Assembly: GCA_002269645.1 (NCBI GenBank)
Contig: NIVC01000990.1
Span: forward strand, 62,001 to 126,000
Direction of reading: 5' to 3'
Source of the DNA: Macrostomum lignano
Lineage: Eukaryota
DNA: 64,000 nt
Position numbers and translations under genes: made by a program. Shown one piece after another: positions 1 through 12,179 of this stretch. How positions within the stretch are numbered: position 1 is the stretch's first letter; each line of letters opens with the position of its first letter. Under the pieces are notes generated by a model. It was not told the DNA's origin. It saw only the letters and a list, made by a program, of their open reading frames with translations, and ran no database searches.

Positions 1-1113
1 GACCACCTGGACTTGAATTCCACCTCCCATCTGTGAGGCTCTTCAACAGACTGGCTCAGTTGCGTCAGTGCAGTCTGTAGGTTAGCTGGACCACCTGGAC
101 TTGAATTCCACCTCCCATCTGTGAGGCTCTTCAACAGACTGACTTTGTGGCCTCAGTACAGTCTGTAGGTTAGCTGGACCAGTTCAATTAGAATAGGATA
201 AGCCAAATCTGAACACTTTTGCAGCAAGCTCACCACAGTAGATTCAATCTCGTCCGATGACTGAACTGCGATGAGGCAACACGTCTGTCCACCGGACTGA
301 CCAGCGTCTCAGGTGCCTCAGCCAACTTCTTAGAAGTGTCCAGACGTGAGGTGTCAGCCTATAGTCGACTTAATGGCTCTTGGCCTTTAAAGTCTTGGTC
401 GATATCTTGCTGGAGTTGCTTGCGTCACTCGTCTGCATCAAAGCTGACTTGCCGTCTCCAGACTGGGCCTGTCAAATTTGGCATTTATACGAGAATTAAG
501 GATTGACAGTTTACAACTGATATTCTACTGAGACTGTGAAACAGACTGGCATATTGGTGTCAGTACAGTCTGTAGGTTAGCTGGACCTCCTAAACTTGAA
601 TTCCACCTCCTATCTGTGAGGCTCTTCAACAGACTGGATCAGTTGCGTCAGTGCAGTCTGTAGGTTAGCTGGACCACCTGGACTTGAATTCCACCTCCCA
701 TCTGTGAGGCTCTTCAACAGACTGGCTCAGTTGCATCAGTGCAGTCTGTAGGTTAGCTGGACCACCTAAACTTGAATTCCACCTCCTATCTGTGAGGCTC
801 TTCAACAGACTGGATCAGTTGCGTCAGTGCAGTCTGTAGGTTAGCTGGACCTCCTAAACTTGAATTCCACCCCATCTGTGAGGCTCTAAAACAGACTGAC
901 TCTGTGGCGTCAGTGCAGTATGTAGGTTAGCTGGACCACCTAAACTTGAATTTCACCTCCTATCCTTGAGGCTCTTCAACAGACTGGCTCAGTTGCGTCA
1001 GTACAGTCTGTAGGTTAGCTGGACCACCTAAACTTGAATTTCACCTCCTATCTGTGAGGCTCTTCAACAGACTGGCTCAGTTGCGTCAGTGCATTCTGTA
1101 GGTTAGCTGGACC
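1..1113. repeat. 88-bp tandem array (about 2 copies at 1-180, about 6.5 copies at 535-1113) interrupted by a unique segment
   Basis: GACC(A/T)CC unit starts at 1, 89, 177, then 584, 672, 760, 848, 934, 1022, 1110. Confidence 0.95.
234..358 (-). CDS. possible isolated internal exon of an unidentified gene running off the left edge
   Basis: Acceptor ctatag at 359-361, open reading ADTSRLDTSKKLAEAPETLVSPVDRRVASSQFSHRTRLNLL, donor GTGAGC at 233. No recognisable domain. Confidence 0.3.
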
Positions 1114-2636
1114 AGCTTAAGTTGTATGTGCACCGATTTGCTTACCTGGTAGATTTTGCTTTTTGGTCTGGCAGGAAAACATATTTCTGAAGTTGCGATT
1201 GAGTAGGTTCTTAATGAGGCTCTTTACAAAAGTTTATTATTTTTTCATCCTAAATAACACTTCGTTTTGGTACTTACTGCAATTTCAATGCAATTTTTCA
1301 AAAACGTCGTCGAAAACATTTTTCACTGGCTCCCAAGTATTGTTAGATCTAAAAGTCGTGTGTTGTTTTTATTAGCTACGTAGTAATCCAAAGGCTTGGT
1401 TTTACTAGAGAATTAGAACGCGAGGAAGTCAATCTTTTAAATTGAATCTTTTCATTTTATGCTTACCTTAGGTATCCAGTCCACTTGATGCAACATCTGT
1501 TACTGTTGCACCTCTCCGGGACTCTGTGTTATTGGGATATCTCCTGCGAGACATTCGTGTCTTCTCGTGTATTGACTATTGACAGTTCAGTTGAATGTTT
1601 CAGTCTATCCGAGAAATTAGGTGGTCCATGTAAGCCTGTTTTAGCTAGACCAAAGGTTTTCACTTTTATAGCTCTGCCCCTCTCTGACTCGTTTAGTCGA
1701 CGGACTGTCTGTCCTTGGACTGCTCCTATTGGCTGGCATTCCCAGTAGGGGTGGTCCGATTTTTACCAACCTCTCCGAAATCAGTCCTTAACCAATGCAG
1801 CACTAGTCTGTGTGAATGTGCTGTGCGCTTTGAGTTTCGTTTACATGGACCTCAACAGACGATTTGATGTGCGTGCAACTGTGTTTAGTGGGACCCAGGC
1901 TAAACTAAAATAAAAAATATCAGACCTTCGCTTTGAGCTTGGTTTGGTGCTTCCCCACCCCTAAACAGGGATCTGAGAGCAGAACCTTCTCCTCAAAGCC
2001 GAAACTCTCCACCAGGATTATTTCTTATTGTGGTTCGACACTTTTATAAATATCAAATATCAAAAGGAATCTAAAAGAAGGAAAGTCGATAGGCCTATAG
2101 GATACAATATCCATTTAAACTACTATCAGCAGCTAACGTGATAAAGGAACCGTCATTCGAATATTTTTCGGGCACAAAACCGTGGGAAGGCTTTGAAGAA
2201 AGCTCAACAAAGCCGTGTGTGCCTAATTTAAGATCACGGAAATTAAATAGATTACTTTTTTGGCGTAAAAGATGTTGTAAAAAGGTAAATTGCCAACAGA
2301 CTGAAACAGACTGAAACAGACTGAAACAGACTGCAACAGACAAATTCAGAAATTTTCATTGACAATTTTTGTTTAGCTGGACCTTTCAGACCCGGTTTAG
2401 GTGGACATCGCAAAAAGTCCATGTAAACTGAAATGCATTTTTTTCTGAGCATGAATGCCGATGAATGTTGCGCTTTGCGGCACTCATTCCTGACATCCAT
2501 TGCTCTGTTTTGTGGTCCTTATAAACCACTCAACGTTGTCTGGAGCAAAGTTATTCGGTGGTCCACCTACGCTGTCCACCTAAACCGAAAGGTCCAGCTA
2601 ATGCGGCAACTGAACCGACGAAAGGTCCAAGTAAAC

Positions 2637-2825
2637 ACACAGACAGTAACACAGACAGACAGGCAGGCAGACAGACAGACAGACAGACAGATAGACAGAC
2701 AGATAGACAGACAGACAGACAGACAGGCAGACAGACAGACAGACAGACAGACAGGCAGGCAGGCAGACAGACAGACAGACAGACAGGCAGGCAGGCAGAC
2801 AGACAGGCAGACAGATAGAAAGACA
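2637..2825. repeat. (ACAG)n/(GCAG) microsatellite
   Basis: Direct reading. It generates the spurious TDRQ/SVCL ORFs. Confidence 0.95.
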
Positions 2826-2963
2826 CGTCATGGGGATCCTTGTCTTTTAATTGGCTAGCGAAGAGGCTGCACTGCCATTGGATTCCAAGTCAATAAATAC
2901 GGGGCACAGCAGTTCTCGGCAATTTCCCTGCCCACCCGATCAGCTCGGACAGCCCGATAAGCC

Positions 2964-3272
2964 ATGCCTAGCAACAAGATCACCGTAGCAGAGTGCAAAA
3001 GCCGACGTGAATCGTCGCGGCTGTCGCCGTCGCAGTCGCAGCCGCGGGAGGCGGCCGCCCTGGCGGCGATCCCATTCGCCGAGAAGCCACTGGCTCTGAG
3101 AGTCTTCGGATTGTTGCTGGGAGTTGCTCTGTTGCTGCTGCTGCTGTACCAGGCTCGGCAGCTGTACACTGAGTATTCGCAATCGCCCACCGTCGCTTCG
3201 ATGACTGCTGTGGAAAATTCACCGTTTCCCAGCCTGCTGATTTGCAACAGCGTGCCAGCGAGTTACACCACG
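2964..3272 (+). CDS. DEG/ENaC (amiloride-sensitive channel family) exon 1: N-terminus, TM1, FPSLLICN
   Basis: gccATG with an in-frame TAA at 2958. Hydrophobic TM1, then YQ..LY.EY...PT and FPSLLICN (family motif FPAVTICN). Donor GTGAGC at 3273, phase 0. Confidence 0.9.
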
Positions 3273-3317
3273 GTGAGCTCTGACTTGTTGCTGCGCAATA
3301 TCCTGATAGATCTTTCT

Positions 3318-3590
3318 GTCTGATTGCAGTTCTGTCTGATTGCAGTTCTGTCTGGTTGCAGTTCTGTTTGGTTGCAGTTCTGTCTGGTTGCAGTTCTGTC
3401 TGATTGCAGTTCTGTCTGATTGCAGTTCTGTCTGATTGCAGTTCTGTCTGATTGCAGTTCTGTCTGATTGCAGTTCTGTCTGATTGCAGTTCTGTCTGAT
3501 TGCAGTTCTGTCTGATTGCAGCTCTGTCTGATTGCAGTGGTGTCTGATTGCAGTTCTGTCTGATTGCAGCTGTTTACTTGCAACAGTCTG
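3318..3590. repeat. 16-bp tandem array (CTGATTGCAGTTCTGT) filling DEG/ENaC intron 1
   Basis: About 16 copies, period 16. Confidence 0.95.
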
Positions 3591-3625
3591 ATGGCACAAT
3601 TCTGCCTGACTGCCACTAATTGCAG

Positions 3626-4079
3626 GTGTCAGCCCGAGCCCAGAAGTGGTTCTCCACCATCGCCTCGATGGCCCGTCAGTTCAACGAGTCCCAGTTCAAC
3701 AGTGGTCAGGAGGACTTGCTGGCCATCTTCTTCAACTCGATGCCAGATGGTCTGGCCGCGGAACTATTCGGCATCTGGCCGGAGACCTTCCTGCTCGACT
3801 GCGTCATCAATGGGATTCGCCAGTGCGTCAAAGATGTTCACTACAGACTGTGGCGGCACGAGCTGTACCTCAACTGCCTGCAGTTCGAATTCGATCCAGC
3901 CGAGGCCGCCGCGGTGACCTCACTGGAGATGACACTGTTTGCCGAGAGCCTGGCCGGCACGGAGGAGGCAATGAGGCAGCTGCCCAGCCTTATGGGAGTC
4001 CCCCTGACCACCGTGGCCTTCGATGGCAGCATCAGCGCAGACAGATCAGCTGGGGTGGCCGTGTTCCTGCACGACCCGG
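3626..4079 (+). CDS. DEG/ENaC exon 2 (finger/palm, ending GVAVFLHDP)
   Basis: Acceptor ttgcag at 3625. LNCLQF and GVAVFLHDP match family motifs. Donor GTGCGA at 4080, phase 1. Confidence 0.9.
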
Positions 4080-4094
4080 GTGCGAGTCAGGGAC

Positions 4095-4630
4095 TGCGGC
4101 ACTCTGGGATTTGGGATTCTAGGATCAGGGAGGGACTCTGGGATCAGGGAGGGAGGGACTCGGGGATTCAGGGATTCTGGGATCAGGGAGGGACTCATGG
4201 ATTTTGGGATTCTGGGATCAGGGAGGGACTCGGGGTGGGATCGGGGAGGGACTCAGGGATTTTGGGATTCTGGGATCAGGGAGGGACTCGGGGTGGGATC
4301 GGGGAGGGACTCAGGGATTTTGGGATTCTGGGATCGGGGAGGGACTCAGGGATTTTGGGATTCTGGGATCGGGGAGGGACTCAAAGGATTTTGGGATTCT
4401 GGGATCAGGAAGGGACTCTGGGATCAGGTAAGGGACTCTGGGATTTTGAGATTTTGGGATTCTGGGATCAGGAAGAGACTCTAGGATTTTGAGCGTCGGG
4501 GAGGACTCTGGGACTTCGGGATCAGGGAGGGACTCCAGGATTTTGGGACTCGCGGGAGGACTCTGGGATTCAAAGATTTTAGGATTTGAGGAGAGGACTC
4601 TGCGATCTGGAACTCGATGAGGGATTTTGT
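4095..4630. repeat. G-rich composite array (GGGATTCTGGGATC.../about 58-bp higher-order unit) in intron 2
   Basis: ATTTTGGGATTCTGGGATC recurs at 4201 and 4259. Confidence 0.9.
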
Positions 4631-5164
4631 GATTCTGGGGATCTGAGATGCGCGGATGTACTTCGGTTGGGTCTGCGGTTCACGATGGCTCAGAGTTTTA
4701 GGAGTAAATTGGTGTTGGGTTTGTCAATTAATCCTGTAATCACCTGCGCATAACCCAGCCCTACTCAGTCATTCGATATTATTTGATTGATACCTGCAGG
4801 CAGCCTGGCTTCAATCTTAATTTTGAATAATTCCTTTTCCTAGGCATTGAAGCTGCAAGCAGAGGCCATTCCAGCTGGAATTATTTTCGCAGCTGATAAA
4901 ATTTCTCACAGGCTCACACAATTTCATTTGTTAAATATTTGCACTTTGCATCCTTTACAGCCTCGTGCTGCTTTTAATACTTCACAGGAGAATTTTCAAT
5001 ACTTCTCATACGGCACTGAAAACTGTGGCATTGGTAGCCGAACTGATGTTTACGAGATTGATAATTGCTTTTGAGAAATTTGAGAATGCCTTCATGCTTT
5101 GTAAACTGGATCCAGATGATATCTGAATGTTGCTATAAACTGACTGTCTTCACTTTCAACTCTC

Positions 5165-5610
5165 CAATGTATACTCACACATCTCTACTCTCTCCCCTCT
5201 CCCATATACTCTCCCATCTCTACTCTCCCATCTCTACTCACACATCTCTACTCTCCCATCTCTACTCACACATCTCTACCCTCTCAACTCTCCCATCTAC
5301 TCTCCCAACCTCCCAACTACTCTCCCATCTCTACTCACACATCTTTACCCTCTCAACTCTCCCATCTACTCTCCCATCTCTACTCTCTCCACTCTCCCAT
5401 CTCTACTCACACATCTCTACCCTCTCAACTCTCCCATCTACTCTCCAATGTCTATCCTCCCATCTATAATCTCCCATCTACTCTCCCATCTCTACTCTCT
5501 CCTATCTCTCCCATCTCTACTCTCCCATCTCCACTCTTTCATCTTACTCTCTCAACTCTACCATCTCTACTCTCTCCACTCTCCAATCTCACTCAGCCCC
5601 AATCTCTCTC
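5165..5610. repeat. CT-rich degenerate array (CTCTACTCTCCCAT) in intron 2
   Basis: Direct reading. Confidence 0.9.
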
Positions 5611-5688
5611 CTTCAGTCAACAGTATCATTGATGCCATAACTCATTCCTTTTTGTTTTATTTTCAACTCCAAATCCCAATCCCCACAG

Positions 5689-5957
5689 AGTACTATCCCC
5701 ATAGCAACTACAAGGTGATGCTGAGCACAGGCCGAGCAGTCACTCTGGTCTACAACAGACAGCTGTTGAGAATGAAGAACACCGCCAGCAGGCCCTGCCT
5801 GGACCAGCCTGAGCAGGTGGAATACCGGGTCTACAACAGCAGCGGCGGACCGCCGAACTGGCGTAAATTTGAAGGCCGATTAGCGGACTGCAAATTAAAG
5901 GACACGATGGACTTCTACGAGAGGTTTTGCGCCTGCAGGCCAATTGGATATCCGGTT
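5689..5957 (+). CDS. DEG/ENaC exon 3 (start of Cys-rich thumb, FCACRP)
   Basis: Acceptor cccacag at 5688. The phase-1 join gives HDPEYYP. Contains PCLD...DC...FCAC. Donor GTAAGG at 5958, phase 0. Confidence 0.88.
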
Positions 5958-6069
5958 GTAAGGATTTTCTGTCAGTTGAATATTATCCGACCCGATTTTG
6001 CATTGGCTACTTGTACGCACCACTATTAAGTAGTGATGAGGGTGTATTATCTTGTATATTTACAAGCTC

Positions 6070-6640
6070 GAACCTGTGGCTCAATCTGCACCTGCCCTAC
6101 CCGCCCCTAATTGTCTGCTACTTCGCCCCTAATCCTCCTCTAATCCGCTCTTAATCCCTTTATTTCTGACTCCCTAATCCTGCTTTACTCGAATCCTCAA
6201 TCTACATGTAAATAGTGCTTCAGTAATCCGCTCCGATCCTCATCATTCGATAATCCTCTATTAACCTGCCCCTAATCCTCTATGATTCGTCATCAATCAC
6301 TGCCCCTAATCCTTCTAATCCTATTCTACTTTTCCCAAATGCGCTGTTAATCTGCAACTAATCCGTCACTAATCCGTCCTAATCCTTCCCTAATCTGCCT
6401 TATTATTCCCTTCCCATAATTCACTCCAATTCTCCCTAATCTTCCACTAATCTACCCATGACCCTTTCTACACATTAATCCTCCCCTAATCAGCTCCCTA
6501 ATCCTCTCCCTAATCCGCTCCCTAATCCATTTCCTAATCTGCTCCCTAATCCGCTCCCCTAATCCACTCCCTAATCCACTCCCTAATCCACTCCCTAATC
6601 CACTCCCTAATCCGCTCCCCTAATCCGCTCCCTAATCCTC
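6070..6640. repeat. CCCTAATC-based array (12-bp CCCTAATCCACT/GCT at its 3' end) in intron 3
   Basis: Direct reading. It becomes more homogeneous towards the acceptor at 6648. Confidence 0.9.
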
Positions 6641-6648
6641 ACTGGCAG

Positions 6649-7104
6649 GACCGCCGCCGAGAGCGGCTGCCGCTTTGCCTGGACCGCGGCAGCCCTGACT
6701 TCAACGCCAGATACGCCTGCTACAGGCGGGCCCGGTCCAACTTCACCAATTCCAGCGGGAGCAGCAGAAACTGCCTGGAGCCGTGCAGCCGCGGCCAGCA
6801 CGGCCTGTCAATCAGCAGCACCCTGTGGCCGCTGTCGGGCAACGTCAAGGATTTGATTGACAGCTGGGTAGTGCCGTTGCTGATGTCGCGCATGGCAACC
6901 GGAGGAGCGGCCTACCTGGCCAATCTGAGCAGTCTGGTTGGGGATAATCCCCAATCGGATTTGGTAAATGCCACCGGGCTGGAGTACTCGAGCTTCAACG
7001 AGCTCAAGCAGCTGGCCCCGCTCAGATTCAATGCCAACCTGTCGCGGCAGGTGTGGAGCCAGTACCTCAGGGATGTGGTGGGCAGCAACTTTGTCAAGCT
7101 GACT
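6649..7104 (+). CDS. DEG/ENaC exon 4 (LPLC..CY..CLEPC..SSTLWP..NFVKLT)
   Basis: Acceptor ggcag at 6648. CLEPC and S..WP are family motifs. Donor GTAAGT at 7105, phase 0. Confidence 0.9.
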
Positions 7105-7149
7105 GTAAGTTGGGGGCGCGTGGGGTTTGGATGAAGGGGTGTCTTAAGA

Positions 7150-8800
7150 CAGGGAATTCGAGGATTAAGATATGAGATTAAGACACGGGAGTGGAGGATT
7201 AAGATATGGGATTAGGACACGGGAGTGGAGGATTAAGATATGAGATTAAGACACGGGAGTGGAGGATTAAGATATGGGATTAAGACACGGGAGTGGAGGA
7301 TTAAGATATGGGATTAGGACACGGGAGTGGAGGATTAAGATATGAGATTAAGACACGGGAGTGGAGGATTAAGATATGAGATTAAGACACGGGAGTGGAG
7401 GATTAAGATGTGAGATTAAGACACGGGAGTGGAGGATTAAGATATGAGATTAAGACACGGGAGTGGAGGATTAAGATATGAGAATAAGACACGGGAGTGG
7501 AGGATTAAGATATGAGATTAAGACACGGGAGTGGAGGATTAAGATGTGAGATTAAGACACGGGAGTGGAGGATTAAGATATGAGATTAAGACACGGGAGT
7601 GGAGGATTAAGATATGAGAATAAGACACGGGAGTGGAGGATTAAGATATGAGATTAAGACACGGGAGTGGAGGATTAAGATATGAGATTAAGACACGGGA
7701 GTGGAGGATTAAGATATGAGATTAAGACACGGGAGTGGAGGATTAAGATGTGAGATTAAGACACGGGAGTGGAGGATTAAGATATGAGATTAAGACACGG
7801 GAGTGGAGGATTAAGATATGAGATTAAGACACGGGAGTGGAGGATTAAGATGTGAGATTAAGACACGGGAGTGGAGGATTAAGATATGAGATTAAGACAC
7901 GGGAGTGGAGGATTAAGATGTGAGATTAAGACACGGGAGTGGAGGATTAAGATATGAGATTAAGACACGGAAGTGGAGGATTAAGATATGAGATTAAGAC
8001 ACGGGAGTGGAGGATTAAGATATGAGAATAAGACACGGGAGTGGAGGATTAAGATATGAGATTAAGACACGGGAGTAGAGGATTAAGATATGAGATTAAG
8101 ACACGGAAGTGGAGGATTAAGATATGAGATTAAGACACGGGAGTGGAGGATTAAGATATGAGATTAAGACACGGGAGTGGAGGATTAAGATATGAGATTA
8201 AGACACGGAAGTGGAGGATTAAGATATGAGATTAAGACACGGGAGTGGAGGATTAAGATATGAGATTAAGACACGGGAGTGGAGGATTAAGATATGAGAT
8301 TGACACGGGAGTGGAGGATTAAGATATGAGATTAAGACACGGGAGTGGAGGATTAAGATATGAGATTAAGACACGGGAGTGGAGGATTAAGATGAGATTA
8401 AGACACGGGAGTGGAGGATTAAGATGTGAGAATAAGACACGGGAGTGGAGGATTAAGATGTGAGATTAAGACACGGGAGTGGAGGATTAAGATATGAGAT
8501 TAAGACACGGGAGTGGAGGATTAAGATATGATATTAAGACACGGGAGTGGAGGATTAAGATATGAGATTAAGACACGGGAGTGGAGGATTAAGATATGAG
8601 ATTAAGACACGGGAGTGGAGGATTAAGATGTGAGACTAAGACACGGGAGTGGAGGATTAAGATATGAGATTAAGACACGGGAGTGGAGGATTAAGATATG
8701 AGATTAAGACACGGGAGTGGAGGATTAAGATGTGAGATTAAGACACGGAAGTGGAGGATTAAGATATGAGATTAAGACACGGAAGTGGAGGATTGAGACA
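7150..8800. repeat. 34-bp tandem array (GAGATTAAGACACGGGAGTGGAGGATTAAGATAT), about 48 copies, filling intron 4
   Basis: Period 34 (7261 to 7295). Confidence 0.97.
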
Positions 8801-8823
8801 TGGGAGGGTCCCACAACCCGCAG

Positions 8824-9114
8824 GTGCGACCCGACTCCAAGCCGGCCATGCTGGTCTCAGAGGAGTGGAAGTACACAGTTGTGAACATATTCAGCGAGGT
8901 GGGCGGCCTGCTCGGCCTGTTTCTCGGCTGGTCGGCGATGTCCGTAGTGGAGCTGGCGCACCTGCTTTACGGCTTGAGTCGTTTGGCGATTCTGCACCTG
9001 GCGCAGCGCAAAAAGCGGCACGAGGTGGCCGTCGCAAACCCAAACCCACCGATTGCTAATACTACTGCCGAAGCTACCAAGGGCAAGAGTAGTATAGCAA
9101 AGATTTTTGATTGA
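8824..9114 (+). CDS. DEG/ENaC exon 5: TM2 with selectivity filter (FSEVGGLLGLFLGWS) and stop
   Basis: Acceptor ccgcag at 8823. GGxLGLFLGxS..xxE is the diagnostic TM2 motif. The spliced total is 1779 nt, 592 aa plus stop. Confidence 0.93.
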   Translation: MRPDSKPAMLVSEEWKYTVVNIFSEVGGLLGLFLGWSAMSVVELAHLLYGLSRLAILHLAQRKKRHEVAVANPNPPIANTTAEATKGKSSIAKIFD

Positions 9115-9174
9115 CACTGATTGCTAGATGAGACACTATGGGGCTTGAAGCAGCTTGGATGCGTTGTGAGGAAG

Positions 9175-9735
9175 GACAATGAGTCATGATGGGGCCGGAT
9201 GAGTCATGATAGGGCCAGATGAGTCATGATGGGGCCTGATGAGTCAGTATGGGGTTTGATGAGTCATGTTGTAGGGTCTGAGGAGTTATGATGGGGCCAG
9301 ATATGTCATGATGGGGCGGGCCATGAGTCATGATGAGGCCATGAGTCATGATAGGGCCAGATGAGTCATGATAGGGCCAGATGATTCATGATGAGGCCAT
9401 GAGTCATGATGAGGCCATGAGTCATGATAGGGCCAGATGAGTCATGATAGGGCCAGATGAGTCATGATAGGGCTGGATGAGTCATGATAGGGCCAGATGA
9501 GTAATGATGGGACCAGATGAGTCATGTTATGGCAATGAGTCATGATGGTGCCAGATGAGTCATGATGGTGGAGCCAGATGAGTCATGATGGTGGAGCCAA
9601 ATGAGTCATGATGGTGGAGCCAGATGAGTCATGATGGTGGAGCCAGATGAGTCATGATGGTGGAGCCAGATGAGTCATGATGGTGGAGCCAGATGAGTCA
9701 TGATGGTGGAGCCAGATGAGTCATGATGGGGCTGG
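9175..9735. repeat. 20-23-bp array built on ATGAGTCATGAT
   Basis: About 22 perfect ATGAGTCAT copies counted by eye. Confidence 0.93.
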
Positions 9736-10309
9736 ATAGCCAGTCAGAGAGCACGGGTGCAGCCTTTAAAATTCAATTACACAACCGAATTAGAGCAGAC
9801 AATTTCTTTCTCAATAATATTTGCACCGCACGCTATTTTTCTACTGGTCAGTTTGTTGATAAAAGCTCACGCGGACGTTGAAGTTAAACAACACTGCACT
9901 AAACATGCACTGCCTATCCTCAAAACGAAATTTTCAAAAAACCGAATTAAACGAACAACCATTCTGGCCAGTCATTTAGGACATTGACAGTAGTATGAGC
10001 GGAAAACGTTATAATTAATTTAATAAATAAACAAATCCATTTATTTTAAACATATTACCAATTCGAGAGTACAAAAAATCTATCAATTCTTTTAAACTAA
10101 CTTACTCGCGCCAATTGGTTAACAAAAAAGCAGCAAAGTGATGGCCAAAAATATCCAAAATGGACAATCAATAACGATTGCAGAATTATTTTACAAGGCA
10201 ATATTTGCATGGGAACCAAGACGGAAGCTTAAACAACAGTATATTGATGATATAATGATACCGGAAGCTGACGATTTTGTTCACATGCGCCTAGAACCGG
10301 GACTTATAG

Positions 10310-10860
<551 letters not shown>

Positions 10861-12179
10861 ACACAGCTAGGGACACCAAAACCAACCAAAAGCAACACAG
10901 AATTAGGCTCAACAGCAGCCGATATGTATCGTAAAGAAACATTAAAGTATAAAGAAAGCAAGCGAAATGTCAGTTTGAATGGCGCCATTCTGTTATAATT
11001 GCGATGAAGCGGCGTAGCAATCAAGTAACCACAAGAAGCACAGCGGGCAGAGCTGAATGGGCAACAAACAACTCATAGGAGAAATCGAACAGCGCACAAT
11101 TAAAAAAAAACAAACAAAAAATTGAACTGGCGCCAGAAAATTGAAATATTCTGTTTTATTGGCAAACAAGCGGATTTCGAATTGAACAGATAAATTTTTC
11201 TTGAAAATTTATAAACAAAAAATAAAGTGGCAGTATACCGTATCTTGTTATTCAACATAAATTCGTAGCTCGAATAATTTCAACTTTTAGCGCCTCTTTA
11301 TGCACACAACAGCGAAGCACACAATATTGAATAAAATATCGAAAATGCTAGCATACATTCATAACGATACTAATAATATGTAATAATTATGTTAAATATG
11401 AAGACTGCGGCATATAAAGCTGAATAAAAAACACCTAACAAATCTTTGTCTTATTTTTGAAAATTGCTTGAACAGCCTACTTAGAGTAGAAATATAAGAA
11501 AAACTGTTGACAAAAGAAACAAGTTTTTTAATAAATAAATTTTACACACACACATTTAGCCTACTTGAAGTAGGTGCATATGCGGGAAAACATTGAAACG
11601 GAAAGCTATTGGCGATAAATTATGGACAAAACTGACAAAATACAACAGAATTAAAGCAATTCAAAGCAGCAGCAGCAGGCGGTAGGGAATACAAATTCAT
11701 CACTTATAATAACCAATTAGATGGGGCACTTAGTCAATGAATAAATAATGAATTAAATGAATCATTTATAAAAAAGGCTGGGAGGGGGGCAAATGAAGGT
11801 TAAATTTGTGAACAATTATTTACAGAAAACATATTTAACTGACAAATATAACAATGGATTTCGCTGAGTGCAGTGGAAATATAACAGAAACAATCCACTG
11901 AGAGCGACACCTTTGTGTTGACGAAACAGTCCGGTAAATATTCGGTGGGAAATGAAGAAAAATAGTTTTGCTGCTATGACTACTGACCAGGAAAGTTGCG
12001 AGTAGCGAGTCTCGGACACATGATGTACAATTAACCAGGTCACTTAGGTAACAGCTTAACATCCTTATACACATGGATGTGTATCCCTTGGTAACAGCAT
12101 AGCAACTGATCCGTGATAACATCTGCACACTAATCGATAGCAATAGTTCCATCCATACTGCATACCGTTAGCAACAGTC

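Noticed and set aside
1467-1810. Candidate - strand exon ending at a strong GTAAGC donor
   Set aside because: All three frames contain stops, so it could only be UTR or decayed sequence.
2433-2858. ORFs over (ACAG)n tracts (also 10291-11024, 15532-15799) and over the 16-, 19-, 30- and 39-bp arrays
   Set aside because: They are open only because the repeat unit lacks stops, and the peptides are pure repeat translations (TDRQ, SVCL, etc.).
6070-6640. True telomere or chromosome-fusion site
   Set aside because: CCCTAA hexamers are never directly tandem, and the array lies inside an intron of an intact gene.
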